A model generated the notes under the pieces. The model was not told where the DNA came from, made no database searches, and was given only the letters and a program-made list of their open reading frames with translations. From NCBI GenBank assembly GCA_963791045.1, contig CAWBQK010000004.1, forward strand, positions 128,008-192,007: DNA of 64,000 nt. The letters are read 5' to 3'. Positions within the stretch are counted from its first letter, which is position 1; each line of letters opens with the position of its first letter. A program made the position numbers and the translations under genes. This DNA comes from Candidatus Latescibacterota bacterium. GTDB taxonomy: Bacteria > Krumholzibacteriota > Krumholzibacteriia > WVZY01. This document shows positions 37,221 through 47,171 of this stretch, in pieces.

Positions 37221-37751
37221 TTGGTTTTTTGTGGCGAACGTTTTGGGGGACTCGAAGTGATTCGCCGCCGGGACACCTCCAGCCTTGACGGGGTTGGCAC
37301 AAGAGAGTCTGTCGGCGAGCGAACCCGAACGCGATCCGGCCACCCGGAACTTTCGAAGACAGATAGAGCAGAACGCGGCCCCGCCCGTTTTCTCCCAACC
37401 GCATGACGGACACACGATAGTTTCATCCGAAGCGCCGCCGCCCGACCGTAAATCCGCGGCAATATCGCTGTCTTCTCCCGGGATGACCAGGTGATCCTCG
37501 AGACGTACTTTGCCCCCGATATCTTCGAGAACACTTTTGAGACGGTTCGCCTGAGCCGAGGAAATATTGCTTTTCACAATCCGGGGCAGATCCGCGATCA
37601 CCTGGCGAGCCCGCGGCATAAACACACGCGTGCGCATCGACAGCTTTACCGCAAAACTCCCGGCGGTATCGAGTGAGGGATCAAAACCCTTCAAAACGAC
37701 CCGATAGAATTTCTTGGTTTGAATTGTGACTTTCTCGGTGGTTCGGCTCAT
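37164..37751 (-). CDS. Hypothetical protein: L7/L12-CTD-like domain, zinc ribbon, C-terminal TM
   Basis: LPRIVKSNISSAQANRLKSVLEDIGGKV; CPSC...CSIC; hydrophobic tail. Confidence 0.6.
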   Translation of the reverse strand: MSRTTEKVTIQTKKFYRVVLKGFDPSLDTAGSFAVKLSMRTRVFMPRARQVIADLPRIVKSNISSAQANRLKSVLEDIGGKVRLEDHLVIPGEDSDIAADLRSGGGASDETIVCPSCGWEKTGGAAFCSICLRKFRVAGSRSGSLADRLSCANPVKAGGVPAANHFESPKTFATKNQLAILIGIIVILLIVVVSK

Positions 37752-37803
37752 CAAGGAGTCACATAGCACTGACCGTACCACCCACAAAAACGAGTGAGGT
37801 CAC

Positions 37804-37828
37804 AAAAAAACAACCCATACACGGTTGT
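37804..37828 (-). terminator. Possible intrinsic terminator
   Basis: ACAACC-GTGTATG-GGTTGT running into a T tract, downstream of the 37876 gene. Confidence 0.45.
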
Positions 37829-37875
37829 CATAAATAACGTTACAAATTTACGCCCCGGCGGGCGCCACCGAAGCA

Positions 37876-38253
37876 TCACTCTTCGGCCGTCGCACATACC
37901 AATCCGCTCTCTACATTTTCAACGGTTACCGAGGCGACACAAAATGTAACGACGGTGCCGCTTGTGGCCGGGGTGTCGAAAATCACCTGGGCGTAATTCG
38001 AATCAACGCTCCCCTGGTACTCGGTCGGAAACGGTTGCCCGAGAACCGTCACCTGCGTGTAAATCCTGTAATTCGCAACGACCGACGGATCGTCGACGTC
38101 CCAATTCAGATCGAAGGTCTGGTTGTCGGCCGTCGTGACCGTAAGGTTTTGAGGTACCGGCGGCCCCGTCACGCCGAGCGGCGGCGGCATGTCGTCATGA
38201 CGAGCGCACGCGGCGAAAACAAACAATGCTATGACGACGATGAGCCTCTTCAC
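37876..38253 (-). CDS. Small lipoprotein with fibronectin-III-like domain
   Basis: Lipobox FAAC; PPVPQNLTV, LNWD, NYRIY, VASVTVENVES. Confidence 0.7.
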   Translation of the reverse strand: MKRLIVVIALFVFAACARHDDMPPPLGVTGPPVPQNLTVTTADNQTFDLNWDVDDPSVVANYRIYTQVTVLGQPFPTEYQGSVDSNYAQVIFDTPATSGTVVTFCVASVTVENVESGLVCATAEE

Positions 38254-38269
38254 CTGATCATTCCTTCAG

Positions 38270-38833
38270 CTAGAACCGGATGGTCTTCGTTACCATGACC
38301 TTTTCGGGTGTAATCATCAGCCCCAACTGTTGATCTTCGTCGATCTTGTACGGCTTGCTGATCAGCACATCCACAAGGTTAATCGCATATGTAGCTATGA
38401 AAACAGTGACCATTGTGTTGCGCCACTTAAGCCTGTCTTCGCACGAGTTGTATTCGGCCTGCATCTGGCTGTAAGTCGCGTCGAGATCACCGATGTTGAC
38501 GATTTCTCCGTTGTTCAGATCGTCTTCATACGCGGAATACTGCCGTCTTTGGGCGTTGTATTTGTCCACCGATTCGTTGTAATGAACCTGCGTGAGCAAT
38601 ATCCCAAAACCCGAAAACACAGCGAGGCCGGAATAGATGGCCGCACGTGTATAGTGCCCCTGGTGGGCCTGGCCCAACCCCGGCACAAGCAGAGATCTGA
38701 CGAGCGCCTTATCGACGGCAAATGCCTGGGTCGGCAGCACCGCGAGGAGGAGAACAACCGCCGCCAGACGCACTACTGTACTCCGGAGGCCGTCGCGCTT
38801 CGAATTATGTGTTTTGTCAGGTCTTTTACTCAT
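38270..38833 (-). CDS. Exported/membrane hypothetical protein (DUF5683-like)
   Basis: Signal peptide (QAFA), RSLLVPGLGQAHQG, YAINLVDV, terminal F. Confidence 0.65.
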   Translation of the reverse strand: MSKRPDKTHNSKRDGLRSTVVRLAAVVLLLAVLPTQAFAVDKALVRSLLVPGLGQAHQGHYTRAAIYSGLAVFSGFGILLTQVHYNESVDKYNAQRRQYSAYEDDLNNGEIVNIGDLDATYSQMQAEYNSCEDRLKWRNTMVTVFIATYAINLVDVLISKPYKIDEDQQLGLMITPEKVMVTKTIRF

Positions 38834-38875
38834 AATGAGGTCTCGTTTCCATGCATCTACGAAATCGAAGCCAGA

Positions 38876-38904
38876 ATGTTACTTGGGTTTCGTCGGAAGT
38901 GCAA
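38876..38904 (-). promoter_or_regulatory. Sigma70-type promoter with upstream A-tract
   Basis: TTGCAC-17 nt-TAACAT preceded by an A-rich UP-like element. Confidence 0.45.
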
Positions 38905-39030
38905 TTTTTTTCTTTTTTTGACATTTTCGGCTTTTTGACGGGCCGTGAACGTCGCCGCCAATGCCCGGCATGAACGACTCCCGGGAACCATTCAATCACA
39001 GAGGTGTAGAAAACACAACGTTTTTCACGA

Positions 39031-39059
39031 TTGACACCCTTAGGGGTTTGAGATATTCT
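39031..39059 (+). promoter_or_regulatory. Sigma70-type promoter of the ABC operon
   Basis: TTGACA-17 nt-TATTCT. Confidence 0.75.
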
Positions 39060-39128
39060 AGCGGTTCTTCAATTGCAATCCGACACAACCCCACAGCGTC
39101 GCAACGGCAGGCATCCGGAGGACTAGAA

Positions 39129-40073
39129 TTGATCGAGGTTCGGCACCTCACAAAATTTTACGGCAGCCACCGCGGGATAGAGGACGTTTCCTTCGAGGCC
39201 GGTACCGGAGAAATCCTGGGTTTTCTCGGCCCAAATGGCGCCGGCAAGACGACCGCGATGAGGATTCTGACCTGTTACCTGCCCCCAACAGCCGGAGAGG
39301 CCCGGGTGGCCGGGTACGATGTCATGAACCAGTCGATCGAGGTTCGGCGGCGAATCGGCTATCTGCCGGAGAACGTTCCGCTCTATCTCGATCTGTCCGT
39401 CACCGAATATCTCGACTACGTCGCACGCCTCAAGGGAATGCCGCGGTCGGCGATTCGCCGCCGCATCGACGGTGTAATGGACGAGTGCGGAATCGACCAT
39501 GTGCGGCACCGGACGATCGGCAAGCTCTCCAAGGGTTATCGCCAACGCGTCGGACTCGCGCAGGCGCTGGTCAACGACCCCGAAGTTCTCATCCTCGACG
39601 AGCCGACGGTGGGACTTGACCCGAGACAAATTGTAGAAATCAGGGATCTTATCCGAAGCCTGGCGGGACGGCGCACGGTTATCTTGAGCACACACATTCT
39701 TCCCGAGGCGAGCCATCTGTGCAATCGGGTGATTATCATTAATGAAGGAAAACTCGTCACGATCGACACTCCGGACAACCTCAAAAGCAGGCTCCAGAGT
39801 TCGATGGTCATTGCGCTCACGCTTCGCGGCGAAGAAGAACCGCTGCGCCGGTTTCTCGAATCCCTGCCTGACATTTCGGCGGTGTCGTTCCTCGATTCGA
39901 TCGATCCTGGCACACACACCTATCGTGTAGAATCCCGCGACAACAAAGACATTCGCGAGGCGCTTTCGCGTTCGATCGTGGAGGCAGGCATCGGACTCGT
40001 CGAGATCAACACCAGCGGCCTGAGCCTCGAAGACATTTTTGTCAAACTGGTAACACAGGAGGCGATCGATTAG
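39129..40073 (+). CDS. ABC transporter ATP-binding protein (GldA-like)
   Basis: SD GGAGG + TTG 39129; GPNGAGKTT, LSKGYRQR, ILDEPT, STHIL. Confidence 0.92.
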   Translation: MIEVRHLTKFYGSHRGIEDVSFEAGTGEILGFLGPNGAGKTTAMRILTCYLPPTAGEARVAGYDVMNQSIEVRRRIGYLPENVPLYLDLSVTEYLDYVARLKGMPRSAIRRRIDGVMDECGIDHVRHRTIGKLSKGYRQRVGLAQALVNDPEVLILDEPTVGLDPRQIVEIRDLIRSLAGRRTVILSTHILPEASHLCNRVIIINEGKLVTIDTPDNLKSRLQSSMVIALTLRGEEEPLRRFLESLPDISAVSFLDSIDPGTHTYRVESRDNKDIREALSRSIVEAGIGLVEINTSGLSLEDIFVKLVTQEAID

Positions 40074-40844
40074 ATGTCCCGAATGATCGCCATATACAAA
40101 CGTGAGTTGGGCTATTTCTTCAACTCGATCGTCGCGTACGTCGTGATGATGGTTTTTTTGTTGATCGCCGGCTACTTTTTTTACAACCTCGTCGCGTTCT
40201 TCAACCTCGCGTCGATCCGAGTCATGCAAAACCCCGCGGCCGCCCAGCAGTTGAGCCTCACCGAGGGTGTGCTCCAGCCATTATTCGGCAACATAAGCGT
40301 GGTTCTTCTCCTCGTCATACCCATGCTGACGATGCGGCTGTTGTCCGAAGAACGAAAGATGGGAACCGCGGAACTCCTCTTTACGTATCCGATCTCGGAT
40401 TGGGACGCCATTCTCGGGAAATACTTCGCCGCCGCGACGGCGCTCGCAACGATGCTGGCGCTGACGCTTGTCTACCCGCTTCTTCTCTCCCGTTATGCAG
40501 ATCCGGAATGGGGCCCGATATTGACGGGTTATGCGGGGCTTCTGTTGCTCGGCATGTCGTTCGTCGCGCTGGGACTGTTCTTCTCATCGCTCACCGAGAA
40601 CCAGATCGTCGCCGGGATCCTCACGTTTGGATTCTCGCTTCTGTTTCTTTTGATCGGATGGTTGATCCCCTACGCGACGGCGGGCGCGGCCCGCGTCATC
40701 GCGGAAGTGTCGATACTCGAGCATTTTGAAAGCTTCTCGCAGGGCGTTATCGACACGAACGACATCATTTTCTATCTCAATTTCTCGGTGTTCTTCCTGT
40801 TTCTTTGCTCGAGGGTTCTCGAGTCCAACCGGTGGAGGAGCTAG
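40074..40844 (+). CDS. ABC-2 permease (GldF-like)
   Basis: RELGYFFNSIVAY, LTMRLLSEERKMGTAELL, LGKY, SSLTENQIVA. Confidence 0.9.
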   Translation: MSRMIAIYKRELGYFFNSIVAYVVMMVFLLIAGYFFYNLVAFFNLASIRVMQNPAAAQQLSLTEGVLQPLFGNISVVLLLVIPMLTMRLLSEERKMGTAELLFTYPISDWDAILGKYFAAATALATMLALTLVYPLLLSRYADPEWGPILTGYAGLLLLGMSFVALGLFFSSLTENQIVAGILTFGFSLLFLLIGWLIPYATAGAARVIAEVSILEHFESFSQGVIDTNDIIFYLNFSVFFLFLCSRVLESNRWRS

Positions 40845-40849
40845 TCCGA

Positions 40850-42400
40850 ATGAAAGAGCGAGCGCTCCAGATTATCGGGCTGACCGGCGTCGCGCTGATG
40901 CTCGTCGCGGCCGCGCTCTACACGGTGAATGCCGACGAGCAAGCGCTCACGCCCGTCTTGTTCATCGCCGGGCTCGCCCTTCTCTCCCTTTACGCCCTCG
41001 TCAATTTCCGCGTTATCGTCGCTTTCTTCAGCAAGCGCTCGGCACGTTACGGCGCGAACATGATCGTCGTCATTTTTGTATTCTTCACGATTTTGATAAT
41101 CATTCAGGCGCTATCGATCCGTCATAATTTTCGGCATGACCTGACGCGCAACAAACGTTTTAGCCTGGCGGGACAAACGACAAGCGTCCTCGACAGCCTG
41201 GCACAGAACGTCGATGTGTACGCGTTCTACCAAAAAGACTCCCCGGATCGTTATCGAGCAAAAAGCGTGTTCGAGCAGTTTTCCCATCGCACGCCCCATT
41301 TTCGCTATGAAATCATCGACCCCGACCAGAAACCACAACGTGCCCGTGAAATGAATATCGTCACCTACGGAACCACGATCGTGCAGGTGGGAAGCAAAAA
41401 AGAACAAATCAAAAACGTGAACGAGGAAAACCTCCTCAACGCGATCACACGCGCCTCCCGCGATATCGTCAAAGTCGTCTACTTCATGCGAGGTCATGGC
41501 GAGAAGGATCCGACAAGCGATAAGCCCGCCGGATACTCAATCGCCGCGGAAGCGGTAGAAAGCGAGAACTACGAGGTTCGGACGCTCTCGCTTTTTGATG
41601 AGGAATCGGTTCCCGACGACTGCGTGATTCTTGTCGCCGCCGGCCCGCGAACGGATTATTTCGAGAGCGAGACCGCCAAAATCCGGCCGTGGCTCGAAGC
41701 GGGAGGGAACGCAGTCTTTCTCCTCGATCCGCGGACCGATCTCCCGAACATCGAAGCGCTGCTTGCAAACTACAGAATCAAAATAAACAACGACGCCATT
41801 GTCGATCCCTTCAGCCGTGTCTTCGGCGGGGACTACTCGGTGCCGGTTGTCACCAACTATGGCGACCACCCGATAACGGCGGATTTTGATGTCGCGACTT
41901 TCTTCCCCACCGCAAGATCAGTGATGATTTCCGATGACCAAAAGGAAGCGGTATTCATAGTCTACCTTGCCAAAACAGGCAAGTCGGCATGGGGCGAGAC
42001 CGATCTCGAACTTATCGAAAAAGGTCAGGCGGTAAAGGACGAGAACGATACTCCCGCGCCGGTGGCGATCGGCCTCGTCGCGGAGAGACGATACAAAGAC
42101 GGGATGCCCAATGTGCTGGGTACGGATCACAGCAAAGTCGTTGTATTTGGAGATTCGGACTTTGGAGATAACAGCTCGTTCCGGCTCTCGGCCAACTCGG
42201 ATCTCTTCTTGAACATCATCAATTATCTCGCCGAGGAGAAAGACCGTATTGCCATCCGGGCCAAGGAGGGACTCGGCGACAGGCTCTTCCTCACGGCAAG
42301 CCAGGGTCGGTTTCTATTCCTCGTAACGGTGATTTTACTCCCGCTTTCGGTAATAGCGTTCGGAGGCTTCATTTTTGCCAGGCGCAGGCAACGCGGTTGA
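40850..42400 (+). CDS. GldG-family ABC transporter auxiliary protein
   Basis: DLTRNKRFSL, IDPDQKP, VYFMRGHGE, VVFGDSDF, NIINYL, C-terminal TM. Confidence 0.88.
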   Translation: MKERALQIIGLTGVALMLVAAALYTVNADEQALTPVLFIAGLALLSLYALVNFRVIVAFFSKRSARYGANMIVVIFVFFTILIIIQALSIRHNFRHDLTRNKRFSLAGQTTSVLDSLAQNVDVYAFYQKDSPDRYRAKSVFEQFSHRTPHFRYEIIDPDQKPQRAREMNIVTYGTTIVQVGSKKEQIKNVNEENLLNAITRASRDIVKVVYFMRGHGEKDPTSDKPAGYSIAAEAVESENYEVRTLSLFDEESVPDDCVILVAAGPRTDYFESETAKIRPWLEAGGNAVFLLDPRTDLPNIEALLANYRIKINNDAIVDPFSRVFGGDYSVPVVTNYGDHPITADFDVATFFPTARSVMISDDQKEAVFIVYLAKTGKSAWGETDLELIEKGQAVKDENDTPAPVAIGLVAERRYKDGMPNVLGTDHSKVVVFGDSDFGDNSSFRLSANSDLFLNIINYLAEEKDRIAIRAKEGLGDRLFLTASQGRFLFLVTVILLPLSVIAFGGFIFARRRQRG

Positions 42401-42403
42401 CCA

Positions 42404-43759
42404 ATGAGACACCGATCGACACTGATACTTCTGGCGATTGCAGTCATTGCCGCCGCATATTTTTTCCTCGTCGAACAACCACGGCACACACGTAATATCG
42501 AAAGCATAAAAAGCGACAACCCGATAACCGCCGCGTTTCCAAGTGCCGTCGACCGAATCGAGATATCTCGACCGGACATAAAAATCAGCTTCGACAGAAA
42601 CGAGGGACACTGGCGGATGCTCACGCCGATCGTCGACAAGGCGGAGGATTCCTCGGTCAACACCCTCCTCTATTCGATCGCAAGGGCCGAACTCGAAAGC
42701 AGGATCGAAGCGAACCCCGCCAACCTCGCTGATTTCGGATTGGATCCAGCCGCGGCGGACGTGACCATCGAAGGGAAACTCGAACGCAAGGGGTCGCGCG
42801 TGCGCGTGATCATCGGCGATTTCAGCCTCACCAAAAGCCATTGTTACGTGCGCGTCGACGGATCCGACGACGTTTTCCTCGCCCCGGCGGGTCTCCGCCG
42901 CTATGCGACGAGGCCGCTCTTTGACTTTCGCAACAAACGCATAACGGAAGTGCCCGTTGGAGAGCTTAGCCGAATCCTTGTCACCACGGCCGACCGGTCG
43001 ACTGACTGGCACAAGGACCAATCACAAAAATGGTTCACGGTCCAATATGGCGATTCGATCCGCGGCGACAGCTCCGCCGTCGAGGGCATGGTGAGGGAGC
43101 TTCGCGGGCTCCGGGCCAAAAACCTTCTCCTGGAAGGGCGGAGCGAGGCCGACAACCTGTTCGCGGAATCCCAGGGCGCGGTATCAATGTGGTTCTATGG
43201 CGACACGCCGCCAACCGTGATCGAGTTTGGAAAAAGAAAGAATGGACGGTGCTACGTATCGAACTCGGCGGATGGGAGGGTGGCGCTCGTGGACACAACG
43301 GTGCTACGAATCTTCCGCCGAACCGTCGCCGATCTCCGCAACAAACGCCTCCTCGACTTTGACACCGACCGTGCTGCCAGGATAACACTCGACACCACCG
43401 ACCGGTCGGTCACCATTGTCAAAAACGATTCCGGTTGGAGCTTCGCCAATCCCGAATTTGGAATGATTGACCAGACACGCGCCGATAGGCTTGTGAATAA
43501 ACTCCGATCTATCGATTTCCTCGAAGTGGATGCAGAGCGACTCGACAACAGGGACGAGTACGGCCTTCAAAGACCGGCTTTCGAATTCACCATTTTCGAT
43601 GACCAGGACTTCCCCGTTGACCGGATGTCCGTGGGACATCGCCTCGCCGGAGATCGCCTCGTCTATGTCACCAGCCAGTCCACCGGCGTGCTTGCACGGA
43701 TCGACGGCGCGTTGATTGAACACCTCGCCGATGAATTCAACAGTCTCGGCGACCGGTAG
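42404..43759 (+). CDS. DUF4340 domain protein (repeated domains)
   Basis: N-terminal anchor, LADFGLDP, DFRNKRI / DLRNKRL repeats, DEYGLQRP; follows GldG. Confidence 0.8.
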   Translation: MRHRSTLILLAIAVIAAAYFFLVEQPRHTRNIESIKSDNPITAAFPSAVDRIEISRPDIKISFDRNEGHWRMLTPIVDKAEDSSVNTLLYSIARAELESRIEANPANLADFGLDPAAADVTIEGKLERKGSRVRVIIGDFSLTKSHCYVRVDGSDDVFLAPAGLRRYATRPLFDFRNKRITEVPVGELSRILVTTADRSTDWHKDQSQKWFTVQYGDSIRGDSSAVEGMVRELRGLRAKNLLLEGRSEADNLFAESQGAVSMWFYGDTPPTVIEFGKRKNGRCYVSNSADGRVALVDTTVLRIFRRTVADLRNKRLLDFDTDRAARITLDTTDRSVTIVKNDSGWSFANPEFGMIDQTRADRLVNKLRSIDFLEVDAERLDNRDEYGLQRPAFEFTIFDDQDFPVDRMSVGHRLAGDRLVYVTSQSTGVLARIDGALIEHLADEFNSLGDR

Positions 43760-43762
43760 CCC

Positions 43763-43791
43763 TTGCGGATCCAATTAATCCCGGATAAGAT
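43763..43791 (+). promoter_or_regulatory. Possible internal sigma70 promoter
   Basis: TTGCGG-17 nt-TAAGAT upstream of the MEMO fusion. Confidence 0.35.
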
Positions 43792-43835
43792 CATCGAGAG
43801 ACTCAAGTGTGCTCGGTATAACAGGGGGTAACGCG

Positions 43836-45293
43836 ATGACAGATCCGTTCCGCGTCCGGAAGCCCGCGGTCGCGGGCAGTTTCTACCCGGATGATCCCGA
43901 CCGGCTCAACAACGACATTCGCTCGTTTCTTGAAAACGTACCAAAACACACATCCCGCAACAAACCCCTCGTGCTTATCGAGCCCCACGCCGGGTATGTT
44001 TATTCCGGTCAGGTGGCCGCGTACGGTTACAAACTCCTACAAAATACGGAAATCCGAACCGTGGCGGTGATCAGTCCGTCGCACATGGAATCGTTTCCGT
44101 TTGTGTCGGTCTTCGATGGCGACTCGTACGAAACCCCGCTCGGGCGAATCGATGTCGACCACGAGCTGGCCGAGGCCATCGCGTCCACCGCCCCCGATTC
44201 GATAAAGCTATCAAGCAATGGACATATCTTGCCGGGCACTTCCCGCCAGGAGCATGCCCTCGAGGTTCAACTCCCCTTTCTTCAGCACGTCCTCAGTGAT
44301 TTCTCCATCGTCCCGATTGTGATGGGCGATCAGAGTTGGGAGTTCTGCGCCGCACTCGGCGCCGCGCTCACCCCGCACTTCGAGCGGCACGATTTTCTGG
44401 TGGTCGTCAGCTCGGACCTGTCTCATTTCCACGAGTATGAATCGGCGAATAAGATGGACGGCACATTTTGCCGTCTGATGGCCGACATGAACCCCCGGGA
44501 ATTGTACGACTCGATCCGCAAGCATGAATCCGAGGCATGCGGCGCGGGCCCGGTAATCGCTTCGCTGATTGCCGCCCGCGAAGCCGGAGCCGACGAGTGT
44601 GTCATTCTCAACGCGGCCAACTCCGGCGACATCACCGGCGATCGTGGATCGGTTGTCGGTTATGCGTCCGCCGTGGTTCGCCGCGGCGGCGCACACGCAG
44701 AGGAAGAGGCCGAAGAGACTTCCGAAAACGAAGCGTTGTTGTCGGCAAGTGAAGAAAAATATCTCATTGCTCTCGCCCGTCACGCGATTGCCGAAACCGC
44801 AGGCGTCGATGTGGATAAGCCCGAGCCCCTCGATACGCCGGGCCTCATGGATACCAAAGGCGCGTTTGTCACAATCAAGATCGGAGGGCGTCTGCGCGGG
44901 TGTATCGGAATGATCGAGTCACTACAGCCTCTCACCGAGACGATTGGGGATATGGCGCGCGCGGCGGCTACCAGCGATCCGCGCTTCCCCGCAATTTCAG
45001 AGGATGAGTACCCCCGCGTCGAAATCGAAATCTCGGTTCTCTCGCGCCCCCATGCCACCGCCTCGTGGGAAGAAATAATCGTCGGGCGCGACGGAATCAT
45101 AGTCGAGAAGGGGCTCAGTCGCGGACTATTGCTCCCCCAGGTGGCAGTGGAAGCCGGCTGGGACGCAAAAACCTTTCTGGAATTTACCTGCGAGAAGGCG
45201 GGGTTGCCGCCCGGCGCCTGGCGGGACGAGGACACAGAAATACTCACCTTTTCCGCCCACGTATTCGGCGAAACAGAAACAAAGGGGCTATAG
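43836..45293 (+). CDS. AmmeMemoRadiSam protein B (MEMO1) - protein A (AMMECR1) fusion
   Basis: AVAGSFYP, PHAGYVYSG, EHALEVQLPFLQ, SSDLSH, EACG; then GAFVT, LRGCIG, DPRFP, EISVLS, GLLLPQVA. Confidence 0.92.
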   Translation: MTDPFRVRKPAVAGSFYPDDPDRLNNDIRSFLENVPKHTSRNKPLVLIEPHAGYVYSGQVAAYGYKLLQNTEIRTVAVISPSHMESFPFVSVFDGDSYETPLGRIDVDHELAEAIASTAPDSIKLSSNGHILPGTSRQEHALEVQLPFLQHVLSDFSIVPIVMGDQSWEFCAALGAALTPHFERHDFLVVVSSDLSHFHEYESANKMDGTFCRLMADMNPRELYDSIRKHESEACGAGPVIASLIAAREAGADECVILNAANSGDITGDRGSVVGYASAVVRRGGAHAEEEAEETSENEALLSASEEKYLIALARHAIAETAGVDVDKPEPLDTPGLMDTKGAFVTIKIGGRLRGCIGMIESLQPLTETIGDMARAAATSDPRFPAISEDEYPRVEIEISVLSRPHATASWEEIIVGRDGIIVEKGLSRGLLLPQVAVEAGWDAKTFLEFTCEKAGLPPGAWRDEDTEILTFSAHVFGETETKGL

Positions 45294-45638
45294 ATGCAGG
45301 ATTGTATCTTTTGCAAGATAGTAAACGGCGAGATTCCATCGACGAAAGTCTTCGAGAATGACGAACTCCTGGCGTTCGAAGACGTCAACCCGGTGGCGCC
45401 GGTCCACGTTCTCGTGATTCCCAAAAAGCACATCGCCACGCTGAACGACGTCGAAGAGACCGACGAGGGTCTTCTCGGGCGGCTGCTTCTCACAGCGAAG
45501 GCTATCGCCCACGACAAGGGTTTGGGGGAAAAGGGATACCGGACTGTGTTCAATACGATGCGCGGAGGCGGGCAGCTGGTGTTTCACATCCACATGCACA
45601 TTATAGGGGGACGGAAGCTCGAGTGGCCTCCGGGTTGA
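45294..45638 (+). CDS. Histidine triad (HIT) nucleotide-binding protein
   Basis: DCIFCKI, PVAPVHVLVIPK, HIHMH, WPPG. Confidence 0.95.
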   Translation: MQDCIFCKIVNGEIPSTKVFENDELLAFEDVNPVAPVHVLVIPKKHIATLNDVEETDEGLLGRLLLTAKAIAHDKGLGEKGYRTVFNTMRGGGQLVFHIHMHIIGGRKLEWPPG

Positions 45639-45647
45639 GCCGCACGG

Positions 45648-46016
45648 TCAATCAAAGTACTGGTCTTCGAGTATGCTTTTGAGGTCGTAACCGCCGTCGA
45701 AATCTTCGAACCTGTCGCTGTCCTGCTTCTTCAACACACCCGCCTCGACCAGGTGATAGACGATCCGCCCCACGTCGCTTGCCTTCTCGATACCCCACAC
45801 GGTTATCACCGTATGCGCAAGAAGTCCGTAACGGTGCTTGGCGTATCCCGCCACACCGTCGAGAAGTTCCGCCGCCGTGATGTGGCGGTGCTCATCGAGT
45901 CGGCTCAACGTATAATCGAGCGCTTCCATGACGAATCGGAACGCTTCGGGCTTGTAGCGCCCGTCGTTCTGGCAAATTTTTCTTACCGCTTCCCAAAACT
46001 TGACATCTTGACCCAT
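45648..46016 (-). CDS. Minf_1886 family protein
   Basis: DGRYKPEAFRFV, HITAAELL, YGLLAHTV...WGI, DVGRIVYHLVE, DRFEDF. Confidence 0.75.
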   Translation of the reverse strand: MGQDVKFWEAVRKICQNDGRYKPEAFRFVMEALDYTLSRLDEHRHITAAELLDGVAGYAKHRYGLLAHTVITVWGIEKASDVGRIVYHLVEAGVLKKQDSDRFEDFDGGYDLKSILEDQYFD

Positions 46017-46025
46017 GCTGCAACC

Positions 46026-47168
46026 TCAAAGAAGTGATTCGTAGAGCGCCACGTATTCCGCGACAATCTTGTCTTTGCCAAAATCTTTTTTTGCACGTTC
46101 GCGCGCCTTCAATCCGAGGGCGCGCCGCCGGTCTTCGTCTCCAAACAATTTGATCACGATATCGCTCATACCGGCCACGTCGTGAGGATCGAACAAGAAC
46201 CCCGTCTCCCCGTCATCTATGACTTCGTGGAGACCCCCAATATTCGAAGCAACCACGGGCACTCCACAGCTCATCGCCTCGAGCGCCGCCAACCCAAAAC
46301 TCTCGTGCTCGCTCGGCAGAAGGAACACGTCGCCGACGGGAAGAATATCGCTGACGAACTCCTGGTCGCCGAGGAATATGACGTCGGAGGAGATTCCCTT
46401 CTCGTTTACGGATCGCTCGATCGCTTCGAGTTCGGGCCCGTCGCCAATGAGGAGGAGCCTTGCAGGACAGTGCTCCCTTACTTTTGCAAATACATCAACT
46501 ACAGTGGGTATGTTCTTAACTTTACGGAAGTTAGACATATGGACTATTATCTTCTCATCCCCCGGCACATAGCGGCTCCGGATCGCCTCGTTCCGCGTCG
46601 GCCTGAATTCACTACAGTCGACAAAATTGTGAATTACCTCCACCGGCTTCTTGATCTCAAAAGCCTTGGCCGTCTCCTTCTTGAGAAATTCCGAGACGGT
46701 GGAAATCGCATCGCTCACCTCGATGCTGAACCGTGTTATCTCGTAAAACGACGGCATTAAGCCGACGAGGGTGATATCGGTACCGTGGAGTGTGGTGATG
46801 CTTTTGAGCTCACGACCCGCTGTCTTGAGCATTTCCTTCGCAAGAAACGCCGACGTCGCATACGGGATCGCGTAGTGGGAATGAACGATATCGAGGTCAT
46901 ACTGCATCGCCACTTCGCGTATTTTTACGGCGAGACTGAGCGAATACGGCGTGAACTGCTGGAACAACGGGTACTCACCCGGCGCCACCTTGTGGAAGAA
47001 CAAATTCTCGTTAAAACTGTCGAGACGAGCTGGAAGCCCGTGCGTTATGAAGTGAACCTTGTGACCCCACCCGGCAAGCGTTTTGCCGAGTTCCGTCGCG
47101 ATCACACCGCTTCCACCGGGTGTCGGATAGCAGACAATGCCGATATTTGCTTTTCTGGAAGCGCCCAT
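46026..47168 (-). CDS. bshA: N-acetyl-alpha-D-glucosaminyl L-malate synthase
   Basis: IGIVCYPTPGGSGVIATELG, HYAIP, TTLHGTDITLVG, SNFRKVK, ESFGLAALEAM. Confidence 0.93.
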   Translation of the reverse strand: MGASRKANIGIVCYPTPGGSGVIATELGKTLAGWGHKVHFITHGLPARLDSFNENLFFHKVAPGEYPLFQQFTPYSLSLAVKIREVAMQYDLDIVHSHYAIPYATSAFLAKEMLKTAGRELKSITTLHGTDITLVGLMPSFYEITRFSIEVSDAISTVSEFLKKETAKAFEIKKPVEVIHNFVDCSEFRPTRNEAIRSRYVPGDEKIIVHMSNFRKVKNIPTVVDVFAKVREHCPARLLLIGDGPELEAIERSVNEKGISSDVIFLGDQEFVSDILPVGDVFLLPSEHESFGLAALEAMSCGVPVVASNIGGLHEVIDDGETGFLFDPHDVAGMSDIVIKLFGDEDRRRALGLKARERAKKDFGKDKIVAEYVALYESLL

Positions 47169-47171
47169 GAG

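Noticed and set aside
39123..40229. 368-aa minus-strand ORF
   Set aside because: Antisense shadow of the ABC ATPase
39129..43759. Evidence of gliding motility
   Set aside because: GldAFG-like ABC modules are widespread in non-gliding bacteria; no gldK-N or spr genes seen
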